Source: Octopus sinensis
Lineage: Eukaryota
NCBI RefSeq assembly: GCF_006345805.1
Contig: NC_043005.1
Coordinates: 74,772,001 to 74,836,000 of the forward strand
Direction: 5' to 3'
Length of the DNA: 64,000 nucleotides
Shown: positions 12,276-26,997 of the stretch, piece by piece
Layout of the letters: each line of letters opens with the position of its first letter
How positions within the stretch are numbered: the stretch's first letter is position 1
Notes under the pieces: generated by a model
Database searches by the model: none
Seen by the model: the letters and a program-made list of their open reading frames with translations, nothing else
Told to the model about the DNA's origin: nothing
Program-made: the position numbers and the translations under genes

Positions 12276-15200
12276 TGACTTTTGCTTTGTATTTGTACAA
12301 GTTGGCTCCAGGTCTCATCCAGATACCTCAAGAGACAACAAGTTAGAAGTTCATGTTGGTGTTATGCCTAGGGTGCCATATATTTGGTTTTGTACATAGT
12401 GTTGTTCTAGAGAATGTTTAAGAAACCATAAGAAAATTATGAGTTTGTTTTAAAATTTGAGATTACATAGACAATATTTTACGTAGGATATGGGCAGTTC
12501 CCATGAGCACTATCTTTTGAATTTCTGTCATTTTTGGGTTTCGTGGTATCTGAGCTAGGTAGCAATCAGCTCCTTTTGCTATCATTCCTAGGGCCTATTA
12601 CAACAGATATTATTTTAGTCTTCAGGTTCCACATTCTGCTAATTTCTACTTCAAGATCTTTATATTTGCTCAGTTTTTGGTAGGTCTTGACAGGTGCATT
12701 TATATCAATTGGGACAGTCATATCAATGAGGAGGCATGTTCTTTGTCTGAAGTCTTTCAATATGATGTCTGGCCTATTGACATCTATCTTTCTGTCAGTT
12801 TGAATGGTGAAATTCCAGAGGAGTGAGATGTGATCATTTTCAAGCACTGGAGGTGGTTTGTGTTCCCACTCGTTTTTATCATGGGGCAGGTCCAGGTTTT
12901 CGCAAATTACCCAGTGAATATATTGTGCTGCTCTATCATGCTCGTTGAGATACTCTGTAGGTGCAAGAAGACTACATATGGAGACAACATGATGAAGGCC
13001 AAATTGCATCCTGATGTCATCACTGAATTGTTTAACAATTGCTAGTAAGCCCTGCAGTTGTTGTTCATTTTTAGCAAATAGCTTTAAATCATCCATGTAA
13101 ATGAGATGATTTATATTTTATCAAATATTTTATAGCCATATTGTACATTATCGAGCAATTTCGAGAGATGCATTAAGGCTAGACAAAAGAGGAGTGGTGA
13201 TAGAGAGTCACCCTAGAAAATGCCACATGAAATTCTTACATCTCCAGCATTGAGAGATTAATTGTCACTGTTCAAAGTCAGTGTGGTTCCCCATGACCTC
13301 ATAGTTACAGGCAAGAAGTTTTGCCAAGTAGGTGCTATTTTATACATTTCCAGACATTTCTTAATCCAGCTTTGTGGTAGACTATCAAAAACTTTTTTTA
13401 TAGTCTATCCAGGCTATCGACAAGTTTTTGTGTCATTTGTGACAATCTTCCAAGATCATCTTATTGATGAGTAGCTGATCGTTACAACCATAGGACCCGT
13501 GTTTACATCCTTTTTGCTCATTAGAGAATATACCACTTTCTATTAAAAAACTATAGTCAAGACAGATGTTGGTATGTTATACATTGTTGTTAAGCAGGTT
13601 ATGGGTCTATAATTTCTTGGTTCATAGTCATTAGTACATCAAGCAAAATGCTTAGCAGTATCTCAGTATCTGTTTGCCAGCATGGAAAGTGGATTTTAAA
13701 CAATGATGATGAGTTCAGTTGTCACCAATGTCAACATTGCCTGTCGTCCTTACAGGGGTTGATAAAATAAGTACCAAATTAGCCTTGAGGTTGATGTAAT
13801 CAGCTTCCCTCTGTCTTTAAATTGCTTGTGCAGTATTGCTCTTGCTAAATTGTTTGTACCAAATTGCTCTTGCCAAATTGTTTGTGCCAAAAAATTTGAA
13901 ACATTATTACCTCTGCCTTAGCGAAGGCGGAGGTATTGTTTTCAGTTGTGTTTGTTTGTTTGTCCATGGACAAGATATCTCAAAAACTGCTGAATGGATT
14001 CAGATGAAACTTTCAGGGATGTTTAGCCTCATGACTGGCATGAACTGATTAAATTTTGGGATTGATCCAGAACTGGACAAGGATTCTAGATTATTTTCCT
14101 GTTTTTTTTTTACTTAATTTTTGAGAGCGATCGGGTTATTTTTAGTATTCTTGTTTGTGAAAGCAGTCAAGTTTATTTCAGATATTTTCATTTTAAAGAT
14201 CATCTCCGGCTAATCATTGAGAGGATGTTGGTGTTGCTTTGGCAGAAGTTTGCGCTCTCTGAGTGCTCTTGTTATTATTATTTTACTTTAAAATTTGCAA
14301 AAAGGACAAAAAAAAAAATTTATATACTGAATAAAAAGAATTGAATACTGGATGAAATGCATCTCACTGTTTATAGTGTAGTAGCCCACGTTTACTCAAG
14401 AGGCCATTCAGCCCCTTTGCATGGCACTTTGGGAAAGTGTGCTATACTATAGCCCCAGGTTAACCAATACCTTGTGAATGAATTGGTAAACAAAAACTGT
14501 GTGAAAGCACATCGTTTGTGTGTGTGTGTACGTGTTTGTGCTTGTATTTGTCTGCTCCACCACTGCTTGATAACCAATGCTTACATCCCCATAACATAGA
14601 AGTTCAATAGAAGAGACTGGTAAATAAGTGTCAGACTTAAAATAAGTACTGGAACTGATTGATTTGTTTGACTAAACACTTCAAGGTTATGCCCCAGCAT
14701 GGCTGTTAACCAATGACTAAAGCAAGTAAAATAGAAAAGAGAAAAATATAATAAATGTCAATACTTGATTCTATCCTTAAGGCAGCAGGCTTAGTGTCAT
14801 CTCATCTGTGAGGTCAACTTTGCCTTTCATCCTTTGGTGGGGGTCAATAAAATAAGTACCAGTTATGCACTGGTGTTAATGTAAATGACTTACCCTCTAC
14901 CCCAAAATTGCTGGTCTTACCTGATTTGTGCAGGGGTTTGGTTGATTCAGCTAAATTTCTCATAATTTAGTGTCAACGTAGACTAAAAATGTAGTTGTTC
15001 GTTTCATACATTGCCCCAGTATGATCACAGATAGGAAATAACCAGAACAAGTAAAAGCATGTCTAATCTTTTTTTTAATGTATTATTGCTATTATATTGC
15101 TTTTGTGATCCTACTTTGTCATGTCTGGATGCACAGCAATTAGTCATTGAAGAATTACTGCTCCTATTTTTAGTTAATGGCTATTTAATTTCAGTGACTT

Positions 15201-17229
15201 GGAAAGTCGGAGATTATGATTACGTTGAAAATATATCAACTGCTTAGGTTTTTTTTTAATCTGTTTTACATGTTTCAGTCTTTAGGCTGTGGCCATGCTG
15301 GGGCACTGCCTTGAAGAAACTTAGGCAAAGAAATCAACCACAGTATTTATCTTTTGAAGCCTGGCACTTATTCTGAAGGTCTGTTTTGCTGAACCTCTAA
15401 GTTATAGGGACATGAACATACTAACACTGGTTGTCAAGTGATGGTGGGGGACAAACAGATGCAAACCACACACACACACACACACATGCATACACGCACA
15501 CACACACACACACAGACACAACATACACACAACAGAACAGACTGCTGATGAAATTATGCAAATGGCTGAGCACTTCACAGACGCCCATACCTATTTTTTT
15601 ACTGCCCACAAGGGGCTACACACATAGAGGACAAACAAGGACAGACAAATGAATTAAGTTGATTATATTGACCTCAGTGTGTAACTGGTACTTATTTAAT
15701 CGACCCCAAAAGGATGAAAGGCAAAGTTGACCTCGGTGGAATTTGAACTCAGAACGTAGCGACAGACGAAATACCGTTAAGCATTTCGCCTGGCGTGCTA
15801 ACGTCTGCCAGCTCGCTGCCTTACAGACAGCCATACCTTTAATGTAGTTCTCAGGGAGATTCAGTGTGACACAGGATGTGACAACGCTGGACCTCTGAAT
15901 TACTGGTACAACTTATTTTTGGCAGTTGAGTGAACTGGAGCAATGTGAAATAAAGTGTCTTGCTCAAGGAGAAAACACAGTGCCAAGAACCAAACTCACA
16001 ACCTTACAATCAGGAGCTGAATACACTAACCACTAAGCCAGTGGTTCCCAACCTGTGGGGTCCATGAACATGTTAAGCTGACAGACATTTCAATATCCTG
16101 GGGTCCGTGGGAAAACTTATTTAAATAAAAAGGTCCTTGGTAGTGAAAAGATCGGGAACCACTGCACTAAGCCATGCACCATAATTGACTTGGAAAAATC
16201 CCCTAAAAAGCACATGACTCATGCTCCAATATGGCCACAGTCCAACGACTAACTGAAACCGGTAATTGAAGAATTGAAAAATCAGTATTTTTTATCCCCA
16301 AAATATCTAATATTCTTAAATGCCTGTTAAGCTGAGTCTGTGATCCTGTTTCCACCCATTGACGATAGAATTTCTCTTAACTTACCTTACAATATTACTG
16401 AGAAAGGTGTAAATGCTGCTTAACTTATTCTTTCCTATTACAAAATAGTTTACCTTGTAGCTACATAAAGAATTGATATTTTTAGCTACATACATTATGC
16501 TATTTCTAAATGGTTAGAAATATAACTCCTAGAAATATCTAGAAATGTTTGCTTAATAATTTATTCTTGTTGAAGAGTGAATAGATATTTAATCTCTTAC
16601 TATTCATGAAAGTAATGATTGATGTTTTTTATGTATTCCTACGGAAATGACTAAATTAAGAAACTAATGGTTTAAAGTTTGTTTTGCTTTTTGTTTGTGT
16701 GTGTATGTGTGTGTGAAAGGTATCGGCTCAGGTGTGGCAGTGTAGTCAATAAGTTTGCTTCCAAACCATATGGTTTCAAATTCAGTCCCACTACATGGCA
16801 CCTTGGGAAACTGTTTTCTATTGTAGTTCCAAGCAAAGCAAAACTTGTGAGTAAATTTGGTAGATGAAAATTGAAAGGAATCCATATTACACACACACAT
16901 ACACATAACCCATGCCAGTGTGGACAACAGACATTAAATGATGATGATGATATATATTAATTTAAGTTTTTGTGGTCTGTTATAACAAAAACAATTTCAA
17001 CTTTATCTGGTGAGTTACTCCAAGTACAAATTTATGATCATTAAACCAGAATATTGACTAAGAGTGGCTGTGTGGTAAGTAGCTTGCTTACCAACCACAT
17101 GGTTCAGGGTTCAGTCCCACTGCATGGCACCTTGGGCAAGTGTCTTCTACTATAGCCTTGGGCCAACCAAAGATTTGTGGGTGGATTTGGTAGATGGAAA
17201 CTGAAAGAAGCCCATCATATATATGTATG

Positions 17230-17263
<34 letters not shown>

Positions 17264-20200
17264 ACAACCGATGCTGGTGTGTTTGCGTCCCTGTAACTTC
17301 GCGGTTTGGCAAAAGAGACTGATAGAATAAGCAATAGATTTACAAAGAACAAGTTCTGGGGTCGATTTGCTTGACTAAAGGTGGTGCTCCAGCATGGCCA
17401 CAATTAAATGACTGAAACAAGTAAAAAAGTAAAAGAGTTTTGGCCAGTTAAAACCATCATCAGACTGAGATGCATTGAAGTTACTCTTGGTTTTATATTG
17501 TCTCTATTAAGTTAAAAATCTTTCTTGGATGTGTGAATTTGACAGGTGTTTTGGATAAATTTTTATTGATTAAATTTGGGGTTATTATCCTGCTTGGAAT
17601 TTATTCATGTACATAGAACTTCATAAACAAGTGTATATATTTAGGTATGTCTCTTTTGTTTGGTGGGCACAAAATATGTCAGTAGTTTTATTGGATTTAA
17701 TCCTTTGTTTTAACAATGTAAAGGTCAAAGGTACAAAGTTGAGTATTTAAAACTTAGTAATTAGGTGTGTCAGCTTTTTCATAATGGAATTTTTTAGGTG
17801 TTCAAAAAAGAATGTAAATAGGTAGTATGTTTTAGCTGGTCAGTTTCTTCACTTGTTGTTCCTATTTAAGTATTTCCTGTTTTCATTTAGAAGGTAGGAG
17901 TTATTAGTCAGGCATTCCATGGTGCTGTTGGTGTAGAAAATTTTTCTTTTATGTTTTGATGTTGCCAGTGTGATCTTTGCCTGCATCGCCTTACTGGCAC
18001 AGGTGCCAGTGGCCCATCGAAAACAACATTTGAGTGTGGTTGTTGCCAGTGTCGCTGGACTGGCTCCTGTGCAGGTGGCACGTAAAAAACACCTTTTGAG
18101 TGTGGTCGTTGCCAGTACCGCCTGACTGGCCCTCGAGCCGGTGGCATGTAAAAGCACCCACTACACTCACGGAGTGGTTGGTATTAGGAAGGGCATCCAG
18201 CTGTAGAAGCTCTGCCAGATCAAATTGGTTCGCCAGTCCTCAGTCAAATTGTCCAACCCATGCTAGCATGGAAAGTGGACATTAACCGACAATGATGAGG
18301 ATGATTTTATTCACCACATTCCCCTCTCAGATTCACGCACTTATTGCAGCAGTCCATCAGTTTTTCTAAGCCCTGTAAAAGAACTCTGAAAGTTAGGCCT
18401 CCAACCAGACCTTTCACAAAACTTTTAAGCCGGGATCTTTTCAGCACCACCTCATATAAAGTTATAGGAATTCTTATTTATTTGTTTATATTTAATGATT
18501 CAAAAATGATTCTATCTTCATAATTTTCTATTTACGTGGAGTATTGTACTCTTTACAAAACATTTTATTGAAAGTTTCAAATTGGATGTTATCATTCCAT
18601 CTCCTTGATGCGAAGTTGAGCATCTGGATAGAAAATATAGATGTCTTAATGCTTGTAGTTATTGCTATGAAATTTCAAACCTGTATGGGCACATTTTAAA
18701 TTCGTTAATTACATTGGCAAGAACATGCACACACACACACAGACACACACACTCACACACAAACACACATACACCACACACACACATATACTCTCTCTCT
18801 CTCTTTCTCTCCTGATTTACAAAAGTGTATTTGAAATCTGAGGAATCAAAGGATTCCTGAGTTTGTGGCTCCGAAGAAGCTCCTACATAGTTCCTTGAGC
18901 CTCTCGGTGTCTCATGCATGTTTATTGCAACAAACTCTATATTATTAAATGGGATCCACATGTTTAACCCTTTTGAAAGCAACACACACACACACAGTGT
19001 GCCAAACACTTAATTCTTTTGTTACTGTTTAAATACACTGATTTTGTTTCATAGAAAAATATTATTTGTAAATCACTCAATGGGAGACATTCAATCACAG
19101 AACTCTAGAGTAAAGATTATTTGCCAACATAACATGGCAGTCCTGGTTAGGATGAATGTTACTGTTATTTAGCCCCAGGAGACATCGTCTCCAGCTGGAG
19201 ATGATATTTCCTGGAGCTAAATAACAGTAACACTCTTCCTAACCAGGACTGCCACAGTATCTTGGCAAATAATCTTTACAGTTTTGTTTCAATTAATTTT
19301 GAAAATAACAAAAAATTTATTAAAATATATTTGTCCTAATGAAGCTAGTATTTCAAAAATAAATAGAATTTTGACAGAAGGTTTCTATTTAGATAACCAT
19401 AAAATAGAGACTTTCTATCGAAACTAGATGTGGTCTTATGCAGGCTGGAACCAAAAAGGTCAAAGAGCCTGTAGCTATGAAACCTTATGACTCTTCCAAA
19501 ACAGTCGCAGAAGTCTGGTACAGGCTTTGACCTGGCCAGCTTTTGTGATACCGTCCCACCCATACTAGCATAGAACACAGATGTTAAATGATGATATTTT
19601 GCCATACAAGTGAAACCTGATGTTATTGAAGCCTAGGAATCACCTGCTGATGCTTATTGACAATATATTCGTGCTATACATAGCTACAACACATTGACAG
19701 TTAAGAAAACTTGAATCATTTTTATTTATTGTACAACTTAAACATTTTAGGTTTCTCTTTCTTAATTTTTCTTATTCATGCTCGATATTCTATTTCAGCT
19801 CGTCCAGAATTTACAGACACTGTTGCCATTAAGCAAAGCCGACATCCCATTTTAGAAAAAATTGCAAGGGAGCCTCCTGTTCCAAACAATACTGTAAATA
19901 TACTTTTAATTATTCTAATAAGTGAAAAATATTCCTTATTTTAGTGGGTGAGCTGAACTTGTTAAGAACTTGGATGGACCCACCTAGCTTTTGATCTTTA
20001 AAAAATCCTCTTATATTTTTTATTATTAGGAATTGCATAAAAATAATTATTAAAAATTTTCTGTGTATTGTAGAAGTATAACCAATTAATAGCAGAAAAA
20101 TTTTAACAATAAAATCTGATATGGACCCTACTTTAGATGGTGAGGGAATAAAATACATTTAAAATTTTCTCAAACACAATAAATGAAATTAAATAGTTTC

Positions 20201-22544
20201 AGCTAGGATTTGAAACTGTATCACAAAATCATCCATAAGTATTGGGGTCGATACATCCAACTAAAAATTCTTGAAGGAGGTGCCCCAGCACAGCCACAGT
20301 CTAATGAATAAAACTAATAAAAGATAAAAGATAACAGGTAGTGAAAATGAGAGAAATAGGAAGTCATAAAAATATAACTTGTGTAAAGAACAAGCTTTAG
20401 TAACCTAATAAAATGCAGATACTGTAAATGCCACAAAATGATATACTGTACTATACTTTGGGAAGTAACAGTCATAAAATTTCTTTCTTTTAATGATAAG
20501 TGATTAATTAACACAAATTAGCACACATTCTTTTGACTCTAATTAGCATTTTCTTTAATTTGTTTCTGGTTGCTGGTTGTTTGAGTTCCAGTTATTTAAG
20601 TAGCAGATAAGAAGGAGTTCACTGTATATTTAATCCATGAGTCTATAGACAAAGCATATAGCATTAGTTTGAAAGAGTTTTATGAAATTTTAATAAGTAG
20701 GAGAAGGTAAATGTTGTTTAAGAAAAGGAATAGAAACAAATAAAAAAAAAGTGGTTGATAAGTCTAACAGAAAAACAATCCTCATTAATCATTAAATACC
20801 ACAGAGTTATTTAAACATTCCATGCATATTTATAGAAGTAGTAGAAGAACCTGATTTGACTTTGAAAATTTGCAGAAGTGAAAAGCAACAGAAATTTGAC
20901 AAACACTACAGAAAAAGTGGTAGCTATATGAGGTTAATCAACACAATTTTTTTTTTTTTTTTTGACTGTTTATTTTTTTTCCTTTTTCCTTTCTAATATG
21001 GGTTTGATTTTCCTGCAAAGTATCAGCTGAACACTGGGTTTGATGTAATTGACTCCTCCCCTCCTCTAAAATGACTGCCCTTGTGATAAAATTTGAAATC
21101 ATCATCATCGTCGTCGTCGCCGCCGCCGTCGTCGTTAGCATGCTGGATGAAATGCTTAGCGATATTTCATTTGTTGCTGCATTCTGAGTTCAAATTCTGC
21201 CAAGCTCACCTTCGCCTTTCATCCTTTCGGGGTCAATAAATTAAGTACCAGTGAAACACCGGGGTCAATGTAATCAACTATACCCCTCCCTCAAATTTCA
21301 GGCCTTGGGCTTCCAGGTGAAAGGATTATTATTATTGTTATTATCATTATGTTGATACTGTAGTGACGCCAGGTTCCAGATGCCATTTTGGGATTTTCAT
21401 CTGCACATGCACAAGGATTAGTGTTTTCCAGAAGGCCTGCCGGAAGTGCCTTATGAGCATGCTCAGTAATCAGCAGCAGCTAGCTTTTACTGCTATTCTT
21501 CTTTTGCTTCCTGCTGCCGAGAGAACCAGACGTGACCAGACAAGCTCCGAGTGAAGGCGAAAATACAACTTGGCGAGCTGTGAAGAATGCCTTCAACAAT
21601 TGTGATTTAAACCGACTATGCTGTTTCCATCCCCATTCTCCTACAATACTATCAAATCTTAATGTTTAAATCAAATTTTTTGTAATTTCGTACTTGCATT
21701 ATATTTTGTAACATATTCATATTTTATACATAGTATAAGGCGCAGGAGTGGCTGTGTGGTAAGTAGCTAGCTAACCAACCACATGGTTCCGGGTTCAGTC
21801 CCACTGCGTGGCATCTTGGGCAAGTGTCTTCTGCTATAGCTCCGGGCCGACCAATGCCTTGTGAGTGGATTTGGTAGACGGAAACTGAAAGAAGCTTGTC
21901 GTATATATGTATATATATGTATGTGTGTGTTTATGTTTGTGTGTCTGTGTTTGTCCCCCTAGCATTGCTTGACAACCGATGCTGGTGTGTTTATGTCCCC
22001 GTCACTTAGCGGTTCGGCAAAAAGAGACCGATAGAATAAGTACTGGGCTTACAAAGAATAAGTCCCAGGGTCGATCTGCTCGACTAAAGGCGGTGCTCCA
22101 GCATGGCTGCAGTCAAATGACTGAAACAAGTAAAAAATAAAAAAAAATAGTATATTTAGTTATCAGGAAATAACTTAATCATTCTTTTGTTTGTTTTTTC
22201 AGTATGCTTCTAATGACAGCAATTTTATTATTATTACAGGACCAAATATGGTAAGTATTAAGCCCTCGTACAATAATATTTGGAAAAAATAATTTGATCT
22301 AAAGATATAAATCCTATTAAAATTTGTTTGTAAACTTTACAGGATTCTCTTAGTTAAGAAACACTACTAAAGTCATGTTCTAAGACAGATTAGTATTAAT
22401 CTGTTTTTCTTTATGAACAGCATATTCTTCTGAAATGGTTCTTCAAAATCAGGAGTAAAGTATCCATTTGTGACCATTTCGGCTTTTGTCAAAAGACTCT
22501 CTCTCTCTCTCTCTCACCCTCTCCCTCATATGCACAGGCACACA

Positions 22545-22586
<42 letters not shown>

Positions 22587-22624
22587 CTCTCTCTCCCTCT
22601 CCCTCATATGCACATGCACACACA

Positions 22625-22684
<60 letters not shown>

Positions 22685-25102
22685 CACACACACACACACA
22701 CACTCCCTCTCTCTCTCTATCAGCAGCAGAAGCCCAACTGATCTCTAAGGGAATAAAAACAAAAACAATGAATTACAGTAATATTACCACCTCTGTATAC
22801 TCGTCTAGTGATTAACCCTTTTGTTACTAACCCGGCCAAAACCGGCTCTATGGTAAAATGTCCTGCTTTCATAAGTTTTGAATTAAAATATTCCACCAAA
22901 CCTTAGTCACAATTTACATTCCTAACACTAGCTGAATGATAACTGAGTTATTTTACTAAATTCTTTGTTATATTTAAAATGATTGAAAGAAACACAGAGC
23001 ATCTCAAAATAAATACAGTAACGAAAGGGAAATTTTTTTAGGCTTACCAAAGTCATGCCTCTATATGAATTCACACAATGGTGTTCACCAATAGTGAAAC
23101 ACGTTTCTCACCATATAAACAGATAAGGATATGACTCATATGGTTATTGTACTTGGAGATGAGGAAAATATAAAGGTTGCATGGGAACCACTGATCTAGT
23201 AATTAATTAGGCTTTTCAAAGTCATGCCTTTGTACAAATTTATACAGGGGTATTTGCCATTGCTCACCAATAATGCTGCCTGTGAAACATGTTTCTCACC
23301 ATATAAGTGAGTGTATGACACATGTGTTTATTGTGCTTGAAGATGTATGCAGGCTTGCAGCATATCCTGTGCATACATATAAGTAATAGTGATTTAGCAC
23401 CCATCAACAGATGTGTAGTGCTGGCTATTAAATGGTGTTTTACTTGAGCACTGAGCATTCCATTATATGCTCCAGGCATTCCACCTATAGAGCAGGCTAC
23501 AGTAAGGTAGCCACACAATTTTGTAAGACTGTTATTGCTATGTATGGGATAATACAGTACCTTGAACCATGAATGTTGTCCTGATGTTTGTGAAATACTA
23601 ATGTCAAGTTTTATATGAGGTCTATGGAAAATTCCCAATTTTTTGGCCAAAAATAAGGGGTTGACTTTTGCATGGGATCAACTATTACTTGAGTATATAC
23701 GGTGTGTATGTGTGTGTGTGTGTGTATGTATGTACATATATATATACATACATACATACACACACACATGTATATATAAATGTATACATGTGTGTGTGTA
23801 TATATATACACACACATGCAAACATTGAAATTTACAAGTTTCTTTCATTCTCTCTCTGTTTATTTCTTCTTATCCCTTTCTGTTGAAGAGTGTCGGCTCG
23901 AAATGTAAAAAACTTTTTCATTTTTCCGAGTGTCAAACTAATACACTTGCTTGTTGTTCATACACCTGCCTTTGTCTGATGTTTTTCTATAAATTTCAAC
24001 TATACACACACACACACACATATATAAACATGATGCACGCATACATACATACATACATACATACATACATACATAAACATGTAGAAATAAATATTTTTAT
24101 TAAAAAAAAGTACAAAAACAAAGTATTAGTAAAAATAAATGAAAATTTTCAATAAACTTAATTTAATTACAGCAGCCATAGCCCTGCAGAAATGTATTTT
24201 CTTGATTACGATTAATTTAAAATCAATGTATCATATATTATTTATCATTCATTCAAAGATATTCAATTAAGATATAATACTATTTATCTTTTTTACTTGT
24301 TTTACAGAGTGGTAAATCAACATATCTACGGCAAGTTGCTTTGCTCCAAATCATGGCTCAAATTGGATGTTTTGTACCTGCGACATATGCTTCTTTTAGA
24401 ATTTCTGATCAGATTTTTACTCGTATTGGCAGTGATGATGATCTAGAAACTAATGCCTCTACATTTATGCTTGAAGTGAGAATACTAACTTAATATTGTT
24501 CTAAATAAAACGATTGTTAAAAGTCCTTAATATATATATATATAAAGTAAACTCCGAATGACCCGTCCTTGTTTTCTTTGTATCGCCTATCTGGATGTTT
24601 TGTTGCCAATCCTCACCTATTTCTTAGTTAGGTAATATTTCCCTATGGCCAGACATGTCTTTTATTACGAAAGGCTTGGAAACACAACATGGCTTGTATG
24701 AAGAAGAAGCTCATTTACAACCATGACATGATATCGACACATAGGTACACATGAACACATGCACAGATGCTCTCTCCCTTTCACACACACATCACATACT
24801 TCTTTCAGTTTGCAAGTACAAAATTCACTCACAAGGCAACAAGGCATTGGTTAGCCTGGGGATTCTTTTATTTGTTTCAGTTGACTGTGGCCATGCTGGA
24901 GCACCACCTTTATTTGACTCTGGCCATGCTGAAGCACCACAAATTGACCCCCAGGACTTATTCTTTGTAAGCTTAGTATTTATTCTATCAGTCACTTTTG
25001 CCAAGCTGCTAAGTTATGGAGGCACAAACACACCAACATCAGTTGTCAAGTGATCGTAGGGGATGGGGACAAACACAGACACACACACAAATCTATCATC
25101 AG

Positions 25103-25135
<33 letters not shown>

Positions 25136-26919
25136 GTATATATATGTATGATGGGCTTCTTTCAGTTTCCATCTACAAATCCACTCACAAGGCTTTGGTT
25201 GGCTTAAGACTATAGTAGAAGACACTTGCCCAAGGTGCCACACAGTGGGACTGAACCCAGAACTATGTGACTAGGAAGCAAGCTTCTTACCACACAGCCA
25301 CACCTGCGCCTATATATCATTTTTTTTATACTCGTTTCAGTCATTAGACTGTGGCCATGCTGGAGCACCACACACACAATTACAAAAGAGCTACCAATTA
25401 TTTCATGCTTTAAGATACATTAGACTGGAAGGTTTATATAACATGCCATGTGTCCCCAAGCAAGCTTTCATGCCCAATGCATAATGTTAAATGTATTTAT
25501 AAAAAAAAACAGGATGCTGGAAAACATGAGAAGAAAAAAAGAAGGAAAAACACGAAGAAAGTTAATGCAAAGATTGGAACAAGGGGAAAGGAAAAAAATT
25601 AAGAAAAGTAAGAAAACCAAAATCTGCATCCTCTTTGACAGTAGAAACCATAATTATGTAGTTACATTATACTGCATCAGCTACATTAATTATTGATTCT
25701 ACAGTCAAAGAGGGTGAAGAGCTTATTTTCCTTACTTCTCTTCCATTTCTTTCCTTTCTTCTCATTCCACGTTTTACATTGACCTTCTTTGCATTTTTTT
25801 CCCCCTTTTTTAATTTTTTTGTCATGTTTTCTCATAGACCAATGTCTTTGTTTTAAGATGCATCTAATGTTATGAACTGAGTCTGGAAGATTGCTTGGAG
25901 ACACATGGCATTATATGTTAATCTACCAATTTAATATATCTTAAGGCATGAAACTATAACTAGCTATTTTTGTAATTGTGTATATTAAATGATATTCATT
26001 TCTTAGTAGATGGAGCATTTATCTCTCAGTGGATAGAGTACTTGTGAGTAAATTTGGTAGATGGAAACTGAAAGAAGTATATATATATGTGTGTGTATAT
26101 GTTTGTGTGTCTGTGTTTGTCCCCCAACATCGCTTGACAACCGATGCTGGTGTGTTTACATCCCCGTAACTTAGCAGTTTGGCAAAAGAGACCAATAGAA
26201 TAAGTACCAGACTTACAAAGAATATGTCCTGGGGGTCGATTTGCTCAACTAAAGGCAGTGCTCCAGCATGGCCGCAGTCAAATGACTGAAACAAGTAAAC
26301 GAGTAAAAGAGTATATGACTTCATCATCATCATTATCATAGTTTTAACATCCATTTTTCCATACTTGCATGGGTTAGATAGAATAATACACTGAGGCAAA
26401 TTTTACTGTGGCAAGATGCATTTCCTGTTACCAACCCTTGCCCGTTTCCAAGGAAGGTAGTATTTCCCTGTGGCTGAATATGTATTTCATAGAAGATTGA
26501 AAATAAAGGGCACTAATTGCATGATGGCGATGCTCATTTTTATAACTAGCATACAAGACATGGAGACACACACATGCACACACACCAGCCAAGATTCTAT
26601 TGTGGAACTGAACCTGAAGCCACTTGATTGGCAAGTGATATATGTGTGGCATCTTGAGCAAGTGTTTATTATTATAGCCTCGGGTAGACCAATGCTTTAT
26701 GAGGGAACTTGGTTAGGGAGAAACAGCAGAAGTCAATTGGATGGATTTGACCCATAATACATACTGTATAACACTGATTCAGCTGAAGGACTATGTTAAA
26801 GGTACACGTATCTGTGCAGTATACTCAGCCATTTATGCTATTCATGCATAATTCATTGTGTTGGTGGTACTCAGTTGATCAAATAACAAGAATATTCAAA
26901 ACTGTTGGAGACCATTTAC

Positions 26920-26997
<78 letters not shown>

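Noticed and set aside
21739-21815. tRNA-like sequence with A and B boxes (also 6930-6990, 37695-37770, 44945-45010)
   Set aside because: Heads of multi-copy SINEs followed by SINE bodies and tails; no complete cloverleaf could be built.
23264-23650. 128-aa ORF similar to ORF 55150-55482
   Set aside because: The similarity comes from two copies of non-coding repeat family E; starts, stops and frames are not conserved.
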